Of a stretch of 47,389 bases of DNA, positions 9,574 to 18,407 are shown piece by piece. The notes under the pieces were generated by a model that ran no database searches, was not told the DNA's origin, and saw only the letters and a list, made by a program, of their open reading frames with translations. The stretch's first letter is position 1; the number at the start of each line of letters is the position of its first letter. The stretch spans positions 1 to 47,389 of the forward strand of contig MHEK01000082.1 of the NCBI GenBank assembly GCA_001803795.1, in the 5' to 3' direction. The stretch comes from Nitrospirae bacterium RBG_16_64_22. GTDB taxonomy: Bacteria; Nitrospirota; RBG-16-64-22. The position numbers and the translations under genes were made by a program.

Positions 9574-10211
9574 GGCTTCTCGATGATCGCGAGGAGAGCG
9601 CGTCGGAGCTCTTCCAGCGTGAGAAGGTAGGGGTCGAGCCGGCGGATCCGGGCGGCGATCTCTCCGAGCCCGAGGCAGTCCTCGATCCAGATGGAGAAAT
9701 CGTCCGAAGGGAGATGGAGGCGCGTTCGGGCCTGGAAGAAGTGGTAGTAGAGGACGCTCGGGTTCACTCGTCCGAGGTTCTCCTTAAACGAGGCGAGATC
9801 GGCGGCCTCGTACCCCGTGTCCAGCACGATCGTCCGGGTGTCGTTGAAGAAAAACTCGCTTCCCGGGAGGACGGGGCGGGGGGCGGGATACTTCTGAAGG
9901 TAGGCGTCGACGATCCCGATGAGGACGCCGCGAAGGGTCTCGATATCGGGAAGACGGTAGGGATCTACCAGGGCGAAATGCTCGGCGAGGGCGGGGACGT
10001 GGAGATCGCGGTCGGCCCAGACCGCGAAGTCGTTGGGATACGGCATAGGAACGGCTTCGGCCTTGAGAAAGAACTGGTGCGTGTGGTGGAACAGGCAGCC
10101 ATGCGGGCACGCGCCGATCCCCCCGCGAAGCTCGTACAGGTCGGCGGCCTTCTTCCCCGTCGGCTGGACGAGGGAGACGCACTCGTGGAAGCGAAACGCC
10201 GGAATGCTCAC
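9570..10211 (-). CDS. Conserved hypothetical protein co-transcribed with trehalose genes (Cys/His-rich N-terminus)
   Basis: 213-aa ORF, GTG start overlapping the MscS stop (GTGA). N-terminal FHECVS...CPHGCLFHHTH. I recognise no catalytic motif. I vaguely recall similar DUF-type proteins beside trehalose or glucosylglycerate genes but cannot verify this. Confidence 0.5.
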   Translation of the reverse strand: MSIPAFRFHECVSLVQPTGKKAADLYELRGGIGACPHGCLFHHTHQFFLKAEAVPMPYPNDFAVWADRDLHVPALAEHFALVDPYRLPDIETLRGVLIGIVDAYLQKYPAPRPVLPGSEFFFNDTRTIVLDTGYEAADLASFKENLGRVNPSVLYYHFFQARTRLHLPSDDFSIWIEDCLGLGEIAARIRRLDPYLLTLEELRRALLAIIEKP

Positions 10212-11299
10212 GCCCGCGTCTCCGCGCTTTCCGGCCCGCCCTGGATGTGGACGGTCCGCTGCGGGAAGGGGATCTCGATTTTCTCCCGGCGGAACCGGGC
10301 CAGAATCAGCTTGCGGATCTCGTGCTGGGCGAGGTACTGATCGGTGAATTCGGCGACCTGGACGATGAGCGTGAAATCGAGTGACGATTCTCCGAACCCT
10401 GGAATGAGGCGAACGAAAGGAGCGGGGTCCTTCAGCAGACCGGGAACGGTTTCGGCGGCGGCCAGCGCTTCCTCTATCAATAAGCGCTCCACTTGACCCG
10501 GATCGGAATCATAGCTCACGCCGATCGGGATCAGAACGGACATCCGTTTTTCGGGGTAGTAGTAGTTCACGATCTGGCTCTGAGCCAGCTTGCCGTTCGG
10601 CACGATGATCAGGTTGTTCGGGAGCATCCGGATCCGGGTGCTCCGCCACCCGATGTCCACCACGTATCCTTCCTCCCCGCTCTCGATCTTGACAAAATCG
10701 CCCGGCCGGATCGGCTTCTCGATAAGGAGATGGAGTCCCGCAAAGAGGTTCGCGAGCGTGTCCTGGAGTCCGAGGGCCACGGCGAGTCCGCCGACGCCGA
10801 GGGCCGCCAGGATCGGCGCGATCGCGATTCCCTGGCTGGAGAGAAGGACCAGGATCCCCACGGTCAGGATGGCCCCCTTGAGGATGCCCACGGTGAGGCC
10901 GGTGATCGGGATCTCGATCGCCAGCCGCTCCACGGCGCCCCGGACCATCGAGCCGGCGAGGTTCGCCGCGGCCAGCGTGACGGAGAGGATCAGGATCGCG
11001 TGCAGGATCCGGAAAGCGTAGAAGGCGGCGTTCGGATCCATCGACGAGAGGCCGACCGTCAGGTAGAGCGCCAGGACCAGGCTCCAGAGGATGGAGGGGG
11101 CTCGGACTGCGGCGAGGACGGCGTCGTCGACACGGCTCTCGGTCCGCGAGGCCCACCGCGCGAGAGCGCCGATGACTCCCTTGCGGATAAGCAGGACGGC
11201 CGTGAGGCTGACGGCCAGGATGAGGAGGGGCGCGAGAGACTCCCGCCACTCCTGCCAGAGCGATGCCGCGTCCTGGCCTGTTGCGATTGCGGAAACCAT
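10208..11299 (-). CDS. Mechanosensitive ion channel, MscS family
   Basis: Multiple N-terminal TM helices followed by the MscS beta-domain signature LIEKPIRPGDFVKIESGEEGYVVDIGWRSTRIRMLPNNLIIVPNGKL. Confidence 0.85.
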   Translation of the reverse strand: MVSAIATGQDAASLWQEWRESLAPLLILAVSLTAVLLIRKGVIGALARWASRTESRVDDAVLAAVRAPSILWSLVLALYLTVGLSSMDPNAAFYAFRILHAILILSVTLAAANLAGSMVRGAVERLAIEIPITGLTVGILKGAILTVGILVLLSSQGIAIAPILAALGVGGLAVALGLQDTLANLFAGLHLLIEKPIRPGDFVKIESGEEGYVVDIGWRSTRIRMLPNNLIIVPNGKLAQSQIVNYYYPEKRMSVLIPIGVSYDSDPGQVERLLIEEALAAAETVPGLLKDPAPFVRLIPGFGESSLDFTLIVQVAEFTDQYLAQHEIRKLILARFRREKIEIPFPQRTVHIQGGPESAETRA

Positions 11300-11323
11300 G
11301 GGGTGCCTCCCGGGCGGGCCGTC

Positions 11324-12034
11324 TTAGAGGTGTTGGATCTCGTCGGGGCCGGACTCCTCCCGGTCCCGCGGGACGAACTTCTCCTCAAGGTACCTGCGGG
11401 CCATATCCTTCGCCCCGAGGCCGAAGGCGAGGGCCAGGGCGAGGGCCACGGCGGAGAAAGTGATCGTGAACGTCGCCAGGATGATGTTCCGGCCGATGGC
11501 GAGCTGGTCGAGCGCCACGGCGACGCCGAAGACGACGACGATCAGCCTGACCCCCCGGGCGAGGAGGTGCGCTCCCTCGATCCCCGCGTTGACGGCGCCG
11601 AGGAGGACGATCTTCTCGAAGAAGTTGGCGACGAGGAGCGAGAGAACGACGACGACCACGGCGACGAAGAGGTTCGGGATATAGATGAATATTTCGCTCA
11701 CGATCCGGTCGGCGGCCGCGAGGTTGAGGGTCGAGAGGCTGGCCAGGAGGAATACGAACGCCGCCGTCCAGTACACGCAACGGGACAGGATCACCGCCGG
11801 CTGGGTCCTGATGCCCGTCCGGGACAGCATCGCGGAGAGGCCGACCCGCTCGCAGAAGCGGTCGAAGTCCAGGGCCCTCAGGAGTCGGCGGAGGAGCCAT
11901 GCGATCACCCACGCGGCGACGAAGCCGGCGACCAGGACGGTGAGCATCGCCAGGACGTTCGGGAGGAAGGCCTTGACCTTGAGCCAGAGCCCTTGAAACG
12001 TTTCGAGGATCGCTTCCTGCCAGAGTTCGGTCAT
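11324..12034 (-). CDS. Membrane protein with repeated conserved-TM-helix segments (mechanosensitive-channel-associated type)
   Basis: Start chosen at ATG 12034 (MTELWQEAILETFQGLW), which overlaps the upstream stop (ATGA). About 6 hydrophobic helices are arranged as repeated units. Confidence 0.55.
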   Translation of the reverse strand: MTELWQEAILETFQGLWLKVKAFLPNVLAMLTVLVAGFVAAWVIAWLLRRLLRALDFDRFCERVGLSAMLSRTGIRTQPAVILSRCVYWTAAFVFLLASLSTLNLAAADRIVSEIFIYIPNLFVAVVVVVLSLLVANFFEKIVLLGAVNAGIEGAHLLARGVRLIVVVFGVAVALDQLAIGRNIILATFTITFSAVALALALAFGLGAKDMARRYLEEKFVPRDREESGPDEIQHL

Positions 12035-14364
12035 CGGACTTCCTCCTCCTGAAGTGGGAGCGGGGCCTCGCGTTCCTGCCATCGCTCGATCAGGTACGGT
12101 TTGGCTTTCCAGAACTCGCCGCAGAGCGCCTCGATCCGTTCTTCCGCCTGGCGGGACGAGGAGAGCCACGTCTCATGGACGAGCGAGGCGACCTTGGCGA
12201 GGTAAAGCGGCGTCAACGACTTGAGCAGGATCTCCGGGTTCTCGGCCCTCCTCCGGTGGGCGGCCGCGAAGTCGAAGAGGATCCGGGCCCAGAGATCGTC
12301 CGGGAGCCGGAAGGTCTCGATCGAATCGGCGTCCAGCCCGGAGAGGGCGGCGAGGTTGTCCGGATGGACGGCCTTGCGCCAGATGGGCATGAGCGACTGC
12401 CGTCCCAGCCGGAACGCCTGCGTCATCCGTTCGAGGTTGACCTGGATCGGCTCGGCGCCCGGCTCGTACTGGAAGCCGAAGAGAGGGACGCGGTCCGGCT
12501 CCTCCCGGACGACGGCCGACCAGACGGGCGTGTATTTTTCCATGAGACCGAAGACCGACCCGACGACCTGGACGAGCATCGCGGAGAGGTCCGCGCCGGG
12601 GTCCTTCGTGTCGTGGATTTTGGCGCCGAGGAACGCCTGGCAGATCTTGAACCGTTCGGCGACCGCCGTCGTCGTCATCCAGATGTCGATCCCGTACCTC
12701 GCGACGTCGGACTGCCAGACATCCTTCTCAAGGAAGCGGGCCGCGAGCCGGCCGGAAAAGCCGAAGTCGCCGCCTATCGGCTGGCGGATCTTGAGGCCGT
12801 AGAGAGCGCGCGTGAGCGGATAGACGATAGTATTCGTGATCGTGCCGTCGTACTTGTGGCGGAGGTAGTAGGGACAGACGTAGTCGTAGTCCTGACGGAA
12901 GACGGGCGAGAGGAGGAGGTCCACCCATTCCGGCGTGATGCTCCTAAGGTCCGAGTCCACGACGAGACAGCCGCGGGCGCCCAGGCGCGCCGCGATCTCG
13001 AAGACGTTCCGGAACGCGCTCCCCTTGCCGGGAACGCCCAGGTACGGAGAAACGAACCGCGGGACCTCCGTGATCGGATGATGGACGAGGATCTGGCGGA
13101 GGTCCTCGTCCCCCGTTGACCGGACGATCTCGGGCGTGCCGTCCGTCGAGCCGCCGTCGGAGTTCACGATGACGGCGCGGGCGTCGGGGAAATATTTGGA
13201 AAGCCCCACGGTGACCGCCCGGACCACGTGGCCGATCGTCCGGGCGTTGTTGAACGACGGTATCCCCACGACGATGTCGGCCGTGCCCACGTCCTCCAGC
13301 GTTTCCGGGCGGCGCGTCGCGATGGCGAGCGCCGTCCGCGGTTCCGGCGGCTGGGGCGGCTGAAGCGTCGCCGGGGCCGCGCCCCCGCGGATCTCGTGGT
13401 AGCCCGAGATCGTCTCGATCGGCCGGCGGATCTCCTCGTGGATCTCGATCTTCTTGAGCGTCGTGAGGTTCCCGAAGTGCGAGACGTAGTGGAAGGCGTC
13501 GGGGAACGGCGGCAGGCCGCTCAAGCGGCCCGTCTCGCGGGATTTCACGAGGAGAGCCTGGAGAATTCCGAACGACATCCGGCCGAGCGCTTCGAGCTTC
13601 TGGTTCCTGTGGATCCTCTGCTCGAGATCGACCTGGGCCAGGGCGTCCAGGCCGAACCTCCGCAAGAGGTCGATGAGAAGCCCGACCTCGACGCCATACC
13701 CCGTCGCGAAGGGGACCTGCTCGAGGGCGGCCCGCCGACCCGCGTATTCCCCGGACAGGGGCTGGACGAAGGCCGAAAGCTCGGGAAAAAGGAGGTTGAA
13801 GTACGGGCGGGCCAGGATCTCCGTCACGCGGCCGCCTCCGACGGGATGAAGGACTTCTCCGACGCGGATGGGGCGGAGGTAGAACCCCTTGACGTACATG
13901 ATCTCCGGCCGCCGGAGGAGCGGCCCCACGAGGCCGTAGATGAAACGCGGGTGGATGTTCCGGATGTCCGTGTCCACCCAGACGATGATGTCCCCCTTGA
14001 GGGCGGCGAGGCTCTTCCAGAGGGCTTCGCCCTTTCCGCGGAGTGATCCCGCCTCGGGGAGGACGTCCTTGTGGTTGACGACCGGAACGCCGCGCTCGCG
14101 GGCGATCTCCACCGTCCGGTCGGTCGAGGATGAGTCGATGACGACGATCTCGTCCAGGAGGGGCGCCTCGTTCATGAGCGCGCCTTTCAGAACGTCGATG
14201 ACGTTCCCGATCGTTTCTTCTTCGTTGAGCGCGGGAAGGCCGAGGCTGATCGTGACGCCCTGCTTCTCCTTGAGCGAGATGAGGGTGCCAATGTTCTCGA
14301 AGTCGTGGGAGTGGAACGTGTTCCGTGCGAACCACTCGTTGACGAGGTATTTTGTTTCGGTCAC
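12031..14364 (-). CDS. Bifunctional-type fusion: glucosyl-3-phosphoglycerate synthase (GpgS, GT81) plus a second retaining GT-A domain resembling mannosyl-/glucosylglycerate synthase
   Basis: N-terminal part: ISLGLPALNEEETIG, VIDSSSTDRT, GKGEALWKSL, VWVDTDI, GGGRVTEILARP, QPLSGEYAGRR, GYGVEVGLLIDL (GpgS pattern). C-terminal ~430 aa: IVVGIPSFNNARTIG, NSDGGSTDGT, GKGSAFRN, VVDSDLRSITPEW, QPIGGDFGF (MGS/Ggs-like layout). GTG start with GGAGG 6 nt upstream. Confidence 0.8.
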   Translation of the reverse strand: MTETKYLVNEWFARNTFHSHDFENIGTLISLKEKQGVTISLGLPALNEEETIGNVIDVLKGALMNEAPLLDEIVVIDSSSTDRTVEIARERGVPVVNHKDVLPEAGSLRGKGEALWKSLAALKGDIIVWVDTDIRNIHPRFIYGLVGPLLRRPEIMYVKGFYLRPIRVGEVLHPVGGGRVTEILARPYFNLLFPELSAFVQPLSGEYAGRRAALEQVPFATGYGVEVGLLIDLLRRFGLDALAQVDLEQRIHRNQKLEALGRMSFGILQALLVKSRETGRLSGLPPFPDAFHYVSHFGNLTTLKKIEIHEEIRRPIETISGYHEIRGGAAPATLQPPQPPEPRTALAIATRRPETLEDVGTADIVVGIPSFNNARTIGHVVRAVTVGLSKYFPDARAVIVNSDGGSTDGTPEIVRSTGDEDLRQILVHHPITEVPRFVSPYLGVPGKGSAFRNVFEIAARLGARGCLVVDSDLRSITPEWVDLLLSPVFRQDYDYVCPYYLRHKYDGTITNTIVYPLTRALYGLKIRQPIGGDFGFSGRLAARFLEKDVWQSDVARYGIDIWMTTTAVAERFKICQAFLGAKIHDTKDPGADLSAMLVQVVGSVFGLMEKYTPVWSAVVREEPDRVPLFGFQYEPGAEPIQVNLERMTQAFRLGRQSLMPIWRKAVHPDNLAALSGLDADSIETFRLPDDLWARILFDFAAAHRRRAENPEILLKSLTPLYLAKVASLVHETWLSSSRQAEERIEALCGEFWKAKPYLIERWQEREAPLPLQEEEVR

Positions 14365-14629
14365 GACACGCCTCCGAACCGTACGGCATGAAGACCCGCC
14401 GGGAAGAGCCGGCTGACGGGCGAATGAGAGCGGAAAGGAAAGAACTCGGCGGGTCTTGTTATAAAAGGTGAGTCATCCTACCACGCTCTGGACAGGCGGG
14501 CAAGCGCGGATGCTAAGTGGATGCAGAATGCAACGGAGGGGCGGTTTTGAGCCCAGATGTCCGAACGCGGGCCGAAAACGGTTGACCTCGCACCGGCAAA
14601 TGAAGTACCATTCGCCCGTAAAATCAAAC

Positions 14630-14649
14630 ATTGTTCCTCATTGTTCCTC
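14630..14649 (+). promoter_or_regulatory. Tandem direct 10-mer (ATTGTTCCTC x2) in a long AT-richer intergenic region
   Basis: Perfect head-to-tail duplication cattgttcctcattgttcctca, about 245 nt upstream of the beta-propeller gene. The one-helical-turn spacing is typical of response-regulator direct-repeat sites. Confidence 0.3.
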
Positions 14650-14894
14650 AGGCGCGCTCACGCAAGCGGATGAGGACGATGACTTATCGCGGAAAGGGGG
14701 TGGTCGGGCCGAAGGAAATGGTTGTTGTTTGGCGTGGGGGTCTTGGGTCGGCACCAGCGAGTGTTATAAAAGGACTTATTCTCTCGTTATGGCATGTCGT
14801 TTTCGTCCAGCAGTTCCCCGGGCGGAACCCGATAGGAAGCAACTCCCCAGATAAGTAACTCCCAAGAGACAGAAGAAAACTACAGGAGGGTGGA

Positions 14895-16373
14895 ATGAAA
14901 GCACAATTCAAAAGGACTATTTGCGTTGTTGCCGCGGCCGGGTTGATCGGTCTCGGAGGCTGTGCCACGACTGGGACGAAGGCCGAAGCGCCGGCTCCCG
15001 CGAAGGGACCGCAGTACGGAAAGATCGTCGGCGCTCCCACGGCCCAGAACTGGGTCGATCTGGCGCGCGTCGATGTCCAGTGGTCATGGCCGCGGACGTT
15101 CCGCGAACTGACCAACAACTTCACGAAGGACGTCGAGGGGAAGTTCTACAACGTCTCCACGCAGTCCGACTGGATGGACGTGATCGATCCCAAGTCGGGC
15201 AAGGTTCTGAAGAAGATCCCGCTCGACAAAGCCTCGCTCAAGACGGTCGGGATCGACTCGGACAAGTTCAAGAGCCAGGCGCTTCCCCACCACGCCTACG
15301 TCGTTCCCGGCGGGCGGTACATTTACGTGGGGAACGAGTCGCGCGAGCACGACGCCCTCTGGGTCGTCGACACGCAGACCGACCGGCTCGTCAAGATCCT
15401 CCGCATGGGATACGTCGGCAAGGAGAAGAAGTTCGACACGGCCGGTCCTCTGCACGGCTCATTCAGCCCGACCGAGCCGATCTTCCTGATCGGGAACGTC
15501 CAGAATTCCAAGCAGGGCCTCGTGACGGTGATCGACGCCGTCAGGCACGAGGTGATCGGCCACATCAAGACGACCGGCGTCAACGTCCGCGACGTGATCA
15601 TTACGCCCGACGGAAAGTGGGCGTACGTCGGACATCAGGGATGGAACCCGGACAAGGGACAGGTCGCGCCGATCGACCTCGTCGACATGAAGACGCGCAA
15701 GGTCGTGAAGACGTTCTCCGCGAAGAACGTCCCGTTCATGACGATGACGTACAGCGGGAAGTACATTGTCGGCTCGAGCCGCCAGGGTCAGGCCGTGATC
15801 ATCGACACGGCCAAGCAGGAACTGATCGCGACGATTGATCTCGGGACGGCGGAGGAGATGAAGCAGGCGGGCAAGAAGGGGTTCCTCGAGACCCGGAACC
15901 TGGAGGTCCATCCGAACGATTCCAAGGTCTACATCGGCATCCGGAATCCTCCGAGCCTCGCGATCGTCGATCTGAAGACGTTCAAGCTCATCAAGCGCGT
16001 TCCGGCCGGCGAACTCACGAACACGATCTACGTGGGCCCGAATCCCAAGTACCAGAAGCTCGCGCTCATCACGAACGAGAAGTCGGATTTCGTGTCCGTG
16101 ATCGACATCGACACCGACACGCCGAAGGGCGAGCTCTACATGGGCAAGGACACGCACAACATCGCCTACTCGGCCAACGGGCGGTACGGGGCGGTCTCCG
16201 TCCTGGCCGACGACAAGCTGGCCGTCGTGGACTACGAGAAAGGGATGGCCGTCAGCCAGTACAAGGTCGGCTGGGGGTCGAAGGGGATCCGCTGGGTGCC
16301 GTACATGCCCGGCCTCTCCACCGCGAAGCCGTATCAGGACGGCACGTACCTGAGCAACACGGCAAAGAAGTAG
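14895..16373 (+). CDS. Lipoprotein with YVTN/YncE-like beta-propeller repeats
   Basis: Signal peptide with lipobox (AAAGLIGLGGC). Repeated strand motifs (YIYVGN, LVTVID, WAYVGH, YIVGSS, VYIGIR, LAIVDL, VSVIDI, LAVVDY). AGGAGGG lies 5 nt upstream of the ATG. Confidence 0.7.
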   Translation: MKAQFKRTICVVAAAGLIGLGGCATTGTKAEAPAPAKGPQYGKIVGAPTAQNWVDLARVDVQWSWPRTFRELTNNFTKDVEGKFYNVSTQSDWMDVIDPKSGKVLKKIPLDKASLKTVGIDSDKFKSQALPHHAYVVPGGRYIYVGNESREHDALWVVDTQTDRLVKILRMGYVGKEKKFDTAGPLHGSFSPTEPIFLIGNVQNSKQGLVTVIDAVRHEVIGHIKTTGVNVRDVIITPDGKWAYVGHQGWNPDKGQVAPIDLVDMKTRKVVKTFSAKNVPFMTMTYSGKYIVGSSRQGQAVIIDTAKQELIATIDLGTAEEMKQAGKKGFLETRNLEVHPNDSKVYIGIRNPPSLAIVDLKTFKLIKRVPAGELTNTIYVGPNPKYQKLALITNEKSDFVSVIDIDTDTPKGELYMGKDTHNIAYSANGRYGAVSVLADDKLAVVDYEKGMAVSQYKVGWGSKGIRWVPYMPGLSTAKPYQDGTYLSNTAKK

Positions 16374-16404
16374 TCTTTCGACCTAGAGATCGGTCATCGA
16401 TCAA

Positions 16405-16440
16405 GGCCTTCCCCGGTTCGCCGGGGAGGGCCTTTTTCTT
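16405..16440 (+). terminator. Rho-independent terminator
   Basis: 12-bp stem ggccttccccgg / ccggggagggcc, loop ttcg, followed by tttttctt. Confidence 0.8.
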
Positions 16441-16467
16441 GACACTCTTCTCCGGTCTGCCTACCAT
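16439..16467 (+). promoter_or_regulatory. Sigma70-like promoter (TTGACA-17-TACCAT)
   Basis: Hexamers with 17-nt spacing lie upstream of the small two-gene module. The 17-nt string cctttttcttgacactc is identical to the one at 30056-30072. Confidence 0.4.
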
Positions 16468-16543
16468 TGGGCGGGTTCGGGAAGCATTTCCGCAGCCGCG
16501 ACGCCAAGTGCAGCATCGGTTGTGACGCCGAGGGTGGGGACGA

Positions 16544-16855
16544 ATGAGAACCTTGCGGGACTGCTTTGGTCAGGATGTGCGGCTCACGGATGAGCGGCTG
16601 GCCCACATTCTCGAACATCCTGAAATGAAGGAAATGGGAGCGGAGGTTGAGCGTGCGCTGCTCAAACCTCAATTGGTGCGCCGGTCGCGGTCAGATGCGG
16701 CGGTGCGGTTGTTCTACGAGTTTCACGCAGGAACATTGGTGGGTGACAAATGGCTGTGTGTCGTGGTTAAGTATGTCAAGAGCGGCGCGTTTGTCGTCAC
16801 TGCCTACCTGACGGACAAACCCAAATCCGGAGAAGACCTATGGCCGGAAAAGTAA
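16544..16855 (+). CDS. Small toxin-like protein (possible DUF4258-type partner of a DUF2283 protein)
   Basis: 103-aa ORF overlapping the next ORF by 16 nt, in a locally lower-GC segment. The family assignment is from memory of the common DUF4258/DUF2283 pairing and is not verified. Confidence 0.45.
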   Translation: MRTLRDCFGQDVRLTDERLAHILEHPEMKEMGAEVERALLKPQLVRRSRSDAAVRLFYEFHAGTLVGDKWLCVVVKYVKSGAFVVTAYLTDKPKSGEDLWPEK

Positions 16856-17049
16856 GAATCTGGTACGACGCGGAGGCGGATTTCCTGGAAGTGCGATTCT
16901 CGGACGCCGCTGGCTACGAGAAAGCAACCGATCACGACGCGGTTATGGAGCGCGTGGACGATCAGGGCCGCATCATCGGATTCAGCATTCTTGGCGTGAC
17001 TCGGTTTAAGAAGGAGAAGCCGCTGGAAGCCGACTTGACCGCGGCTTGA
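16840..17049 (+). CDS. DUF2283-like small protein (putative antitoxin)
   Basis: 69 aa. VRIWYDAEADFLEVRF...GRIIGFSILG matches the typical DUF2283 pattern (YD.e.D.l.i.f ... G.ivGiei). Confidence 0.6.
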   Translation: MAGKVRIWYDAEADFLEVRFSDAAGYEKATDHDAVMERVDDQGRIIGFSILGVTRFKKEKPLEADLTAA

Positions 17050-17099
17050 TTTCAGGATTCATCGTTTTTGCGGAACGAGAAGGAGTTTGATTGAAGGCG

Positions 17100-17137
17100 A
17101 AAAAAAGGGGCGGATGGCCGGGAAGGCCATCCGCCCC
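17100..17137 (-). terminator. Rho-independent terminator of the rhodanese gene
   Basis: 13-bp stem ggggcggatggcc / ggccatccgcccc. The A7 run on the plus strand reads as a T7 run after the stem on the minus strand. Confidence 0.75.
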
Positions 17138-17165
17138 TTGGCGGGTCGTCAGAGACGACCGGAGC

Positions 17166-18182
17166 CTACTTCTTCTTGCCTTCGAGCGCCTGGATCCTCT
17201 GTTCGAGCGCGCCCAGCTTCTTGAGCGCCGCGTTCACCTTCACGAAGTTGTAGTAGCTAACGTTCGCGACCGGAAGGTCGGGGTTCGATCCCCAGACGAT
17301 CCAGGAATCGTCGTAGTTCCGGACCTTCGTGTACCCCATGTCCCTCAGGACGGCGTACGTGAGTGTCGAGCGCGTCCCGGTCTGGCAGAGGGCGACGATA
17401 TCCTTCTTCGGGTCCAAGCCCTTGTAAAGGTCCTTGAGGCCCTTTTCGTCCTTCAGGGCCATTCCGTTGCGGTCCTTCACCTGACCCGCGCCGAGCTTCT
17501 TGGCGGCGTCCGGATCCACCCAGGCCTGCTCGTACGGGATGTTGACGCTTCCCGCAATGTGCCCGCCCCGGACCGCCCGGATGTCGTCACCGGAGAACTC
17601 CTTGGTTGTCCGGGCGTCGAGGAGCACGACGTCCTTGTTCTTCAGGTTCTTCTTTACGAAGTCGGTCGTGGCCAGGCGGTCGGCCCTAACCTTGGCAGTG
17701 AACTTCGCGGCCGGGAGCTTCTTGATGTCGGCCGAGAGCGGGTGCTTGGCGGCAACCCAGTCGTCGATCCCGCCCATGTAGACCTTGGCCTTCTCGGCCC
17801 CGAGGTATTCGAGGATCCAGAAGGGGACCGTGGCGCTCGTGTCTCCCTTGATGCTGTAGACGATGATATCGGCTTCCCGCTTGATCCCGGCGTCGCCCAG
17901 GATCTTTTCGAGCTTGGCGACGGGAAGGATCCGGGCGTCGACGTCGCGAAGGACCTTCGCGGCGCCCTTGCCGCCCAGGTTGATCGCGCCGGGGATATGC
18001 CCCTTCTTGTAGCCGTCCTCGGCACGGGCGTCCAGGAGGATCGTGCCCGCCTTGTCCTTGTTCTTGAGGACGTAGTCCGTGTTGACGATGACCGAGCCGG
18101 CATGAGCCGTCCCAACCAGTCCAACGGCCATGAGACCCACGAGCAAAGTGCCGAGCAATCCCTTTCCTTTTCGCTTGCGCAT
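17166..18182 (-). CDS. Secreted tandem-rhodanese thiosulfate/3-MP sulfurtransferase-like protein
   Basis: Signal peptide (LLVGLMAVGLVGTAHA), two rhodanese domains (LLDARAEDGYKKGHIPGAINL; LLDARTTKEFSG), active-site loop CQTGTRS, coiled-coil tail. Confidence 0.85.
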   Translation of the reverse strand: MRKRKGKGLLGTLLVGLMAVGLVGTAHAGSVIVNTDYVLKNKDKAGTILLDARAEDGYKKGHIPGAINLGGKGAAKVLRDVDARILPVAKLEKILGDAGIKREADIIVYSIKGDTSATVPFWILEYLGAEKAKVYMGGIDDWVAAKHPLSADIKKLPAAKFTAKVRADRLATTDFVKKNLKNKDVVLLDARTTKEFSGDDIRAVRGGHIAGSVNIPYEQAWVDPDAAKKLGAGQVKDRNGMALKDEKGLKDLYKGLDPKKDIVALCQTGTRSTLTYAVLRDMGYTKVRNYDDSWIVWGSNPDLPVANVSYYNFVKVNAALKKLGALEQRIQALEGKKK

Positions 18183-18407
18183 AGCGGTGCCCTCCCTTGT
18201 TATGGTTCTGTCTGTATTTCCGCCCGTCCGCCGATCCTTGTCACGGATTCGGAGGCCGGGGGCGCCCTCTCAGGAGATGGTTACGGCTTGCTGTCCAATG
18301 TCCATTTGGCTTGGAATAACTGCCATCGAGGAAGAAAATGATTTCGCGGTGTTCCCTCCGAGACTTTGTCCAGGGTGCCAACTTTTACTATGTACCGGGT
18401 CCGAAGG

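Noticed and set aside
10493-12052. 519-aa plus-strand ORF opposite the MscS and TM-helix genes
   Set aside because: Its Asp/Arg/Gly-rich low-complexity translation is antisense to two clear membrane protein genes.
14468-14858. 128-aa and 75-aa ORFs in the large intergenic region
   Set aside because: They have no Shine-Dalgarno and no recognisable domain, and their composition is unlike neighbouring genes. The region looks regulatory.
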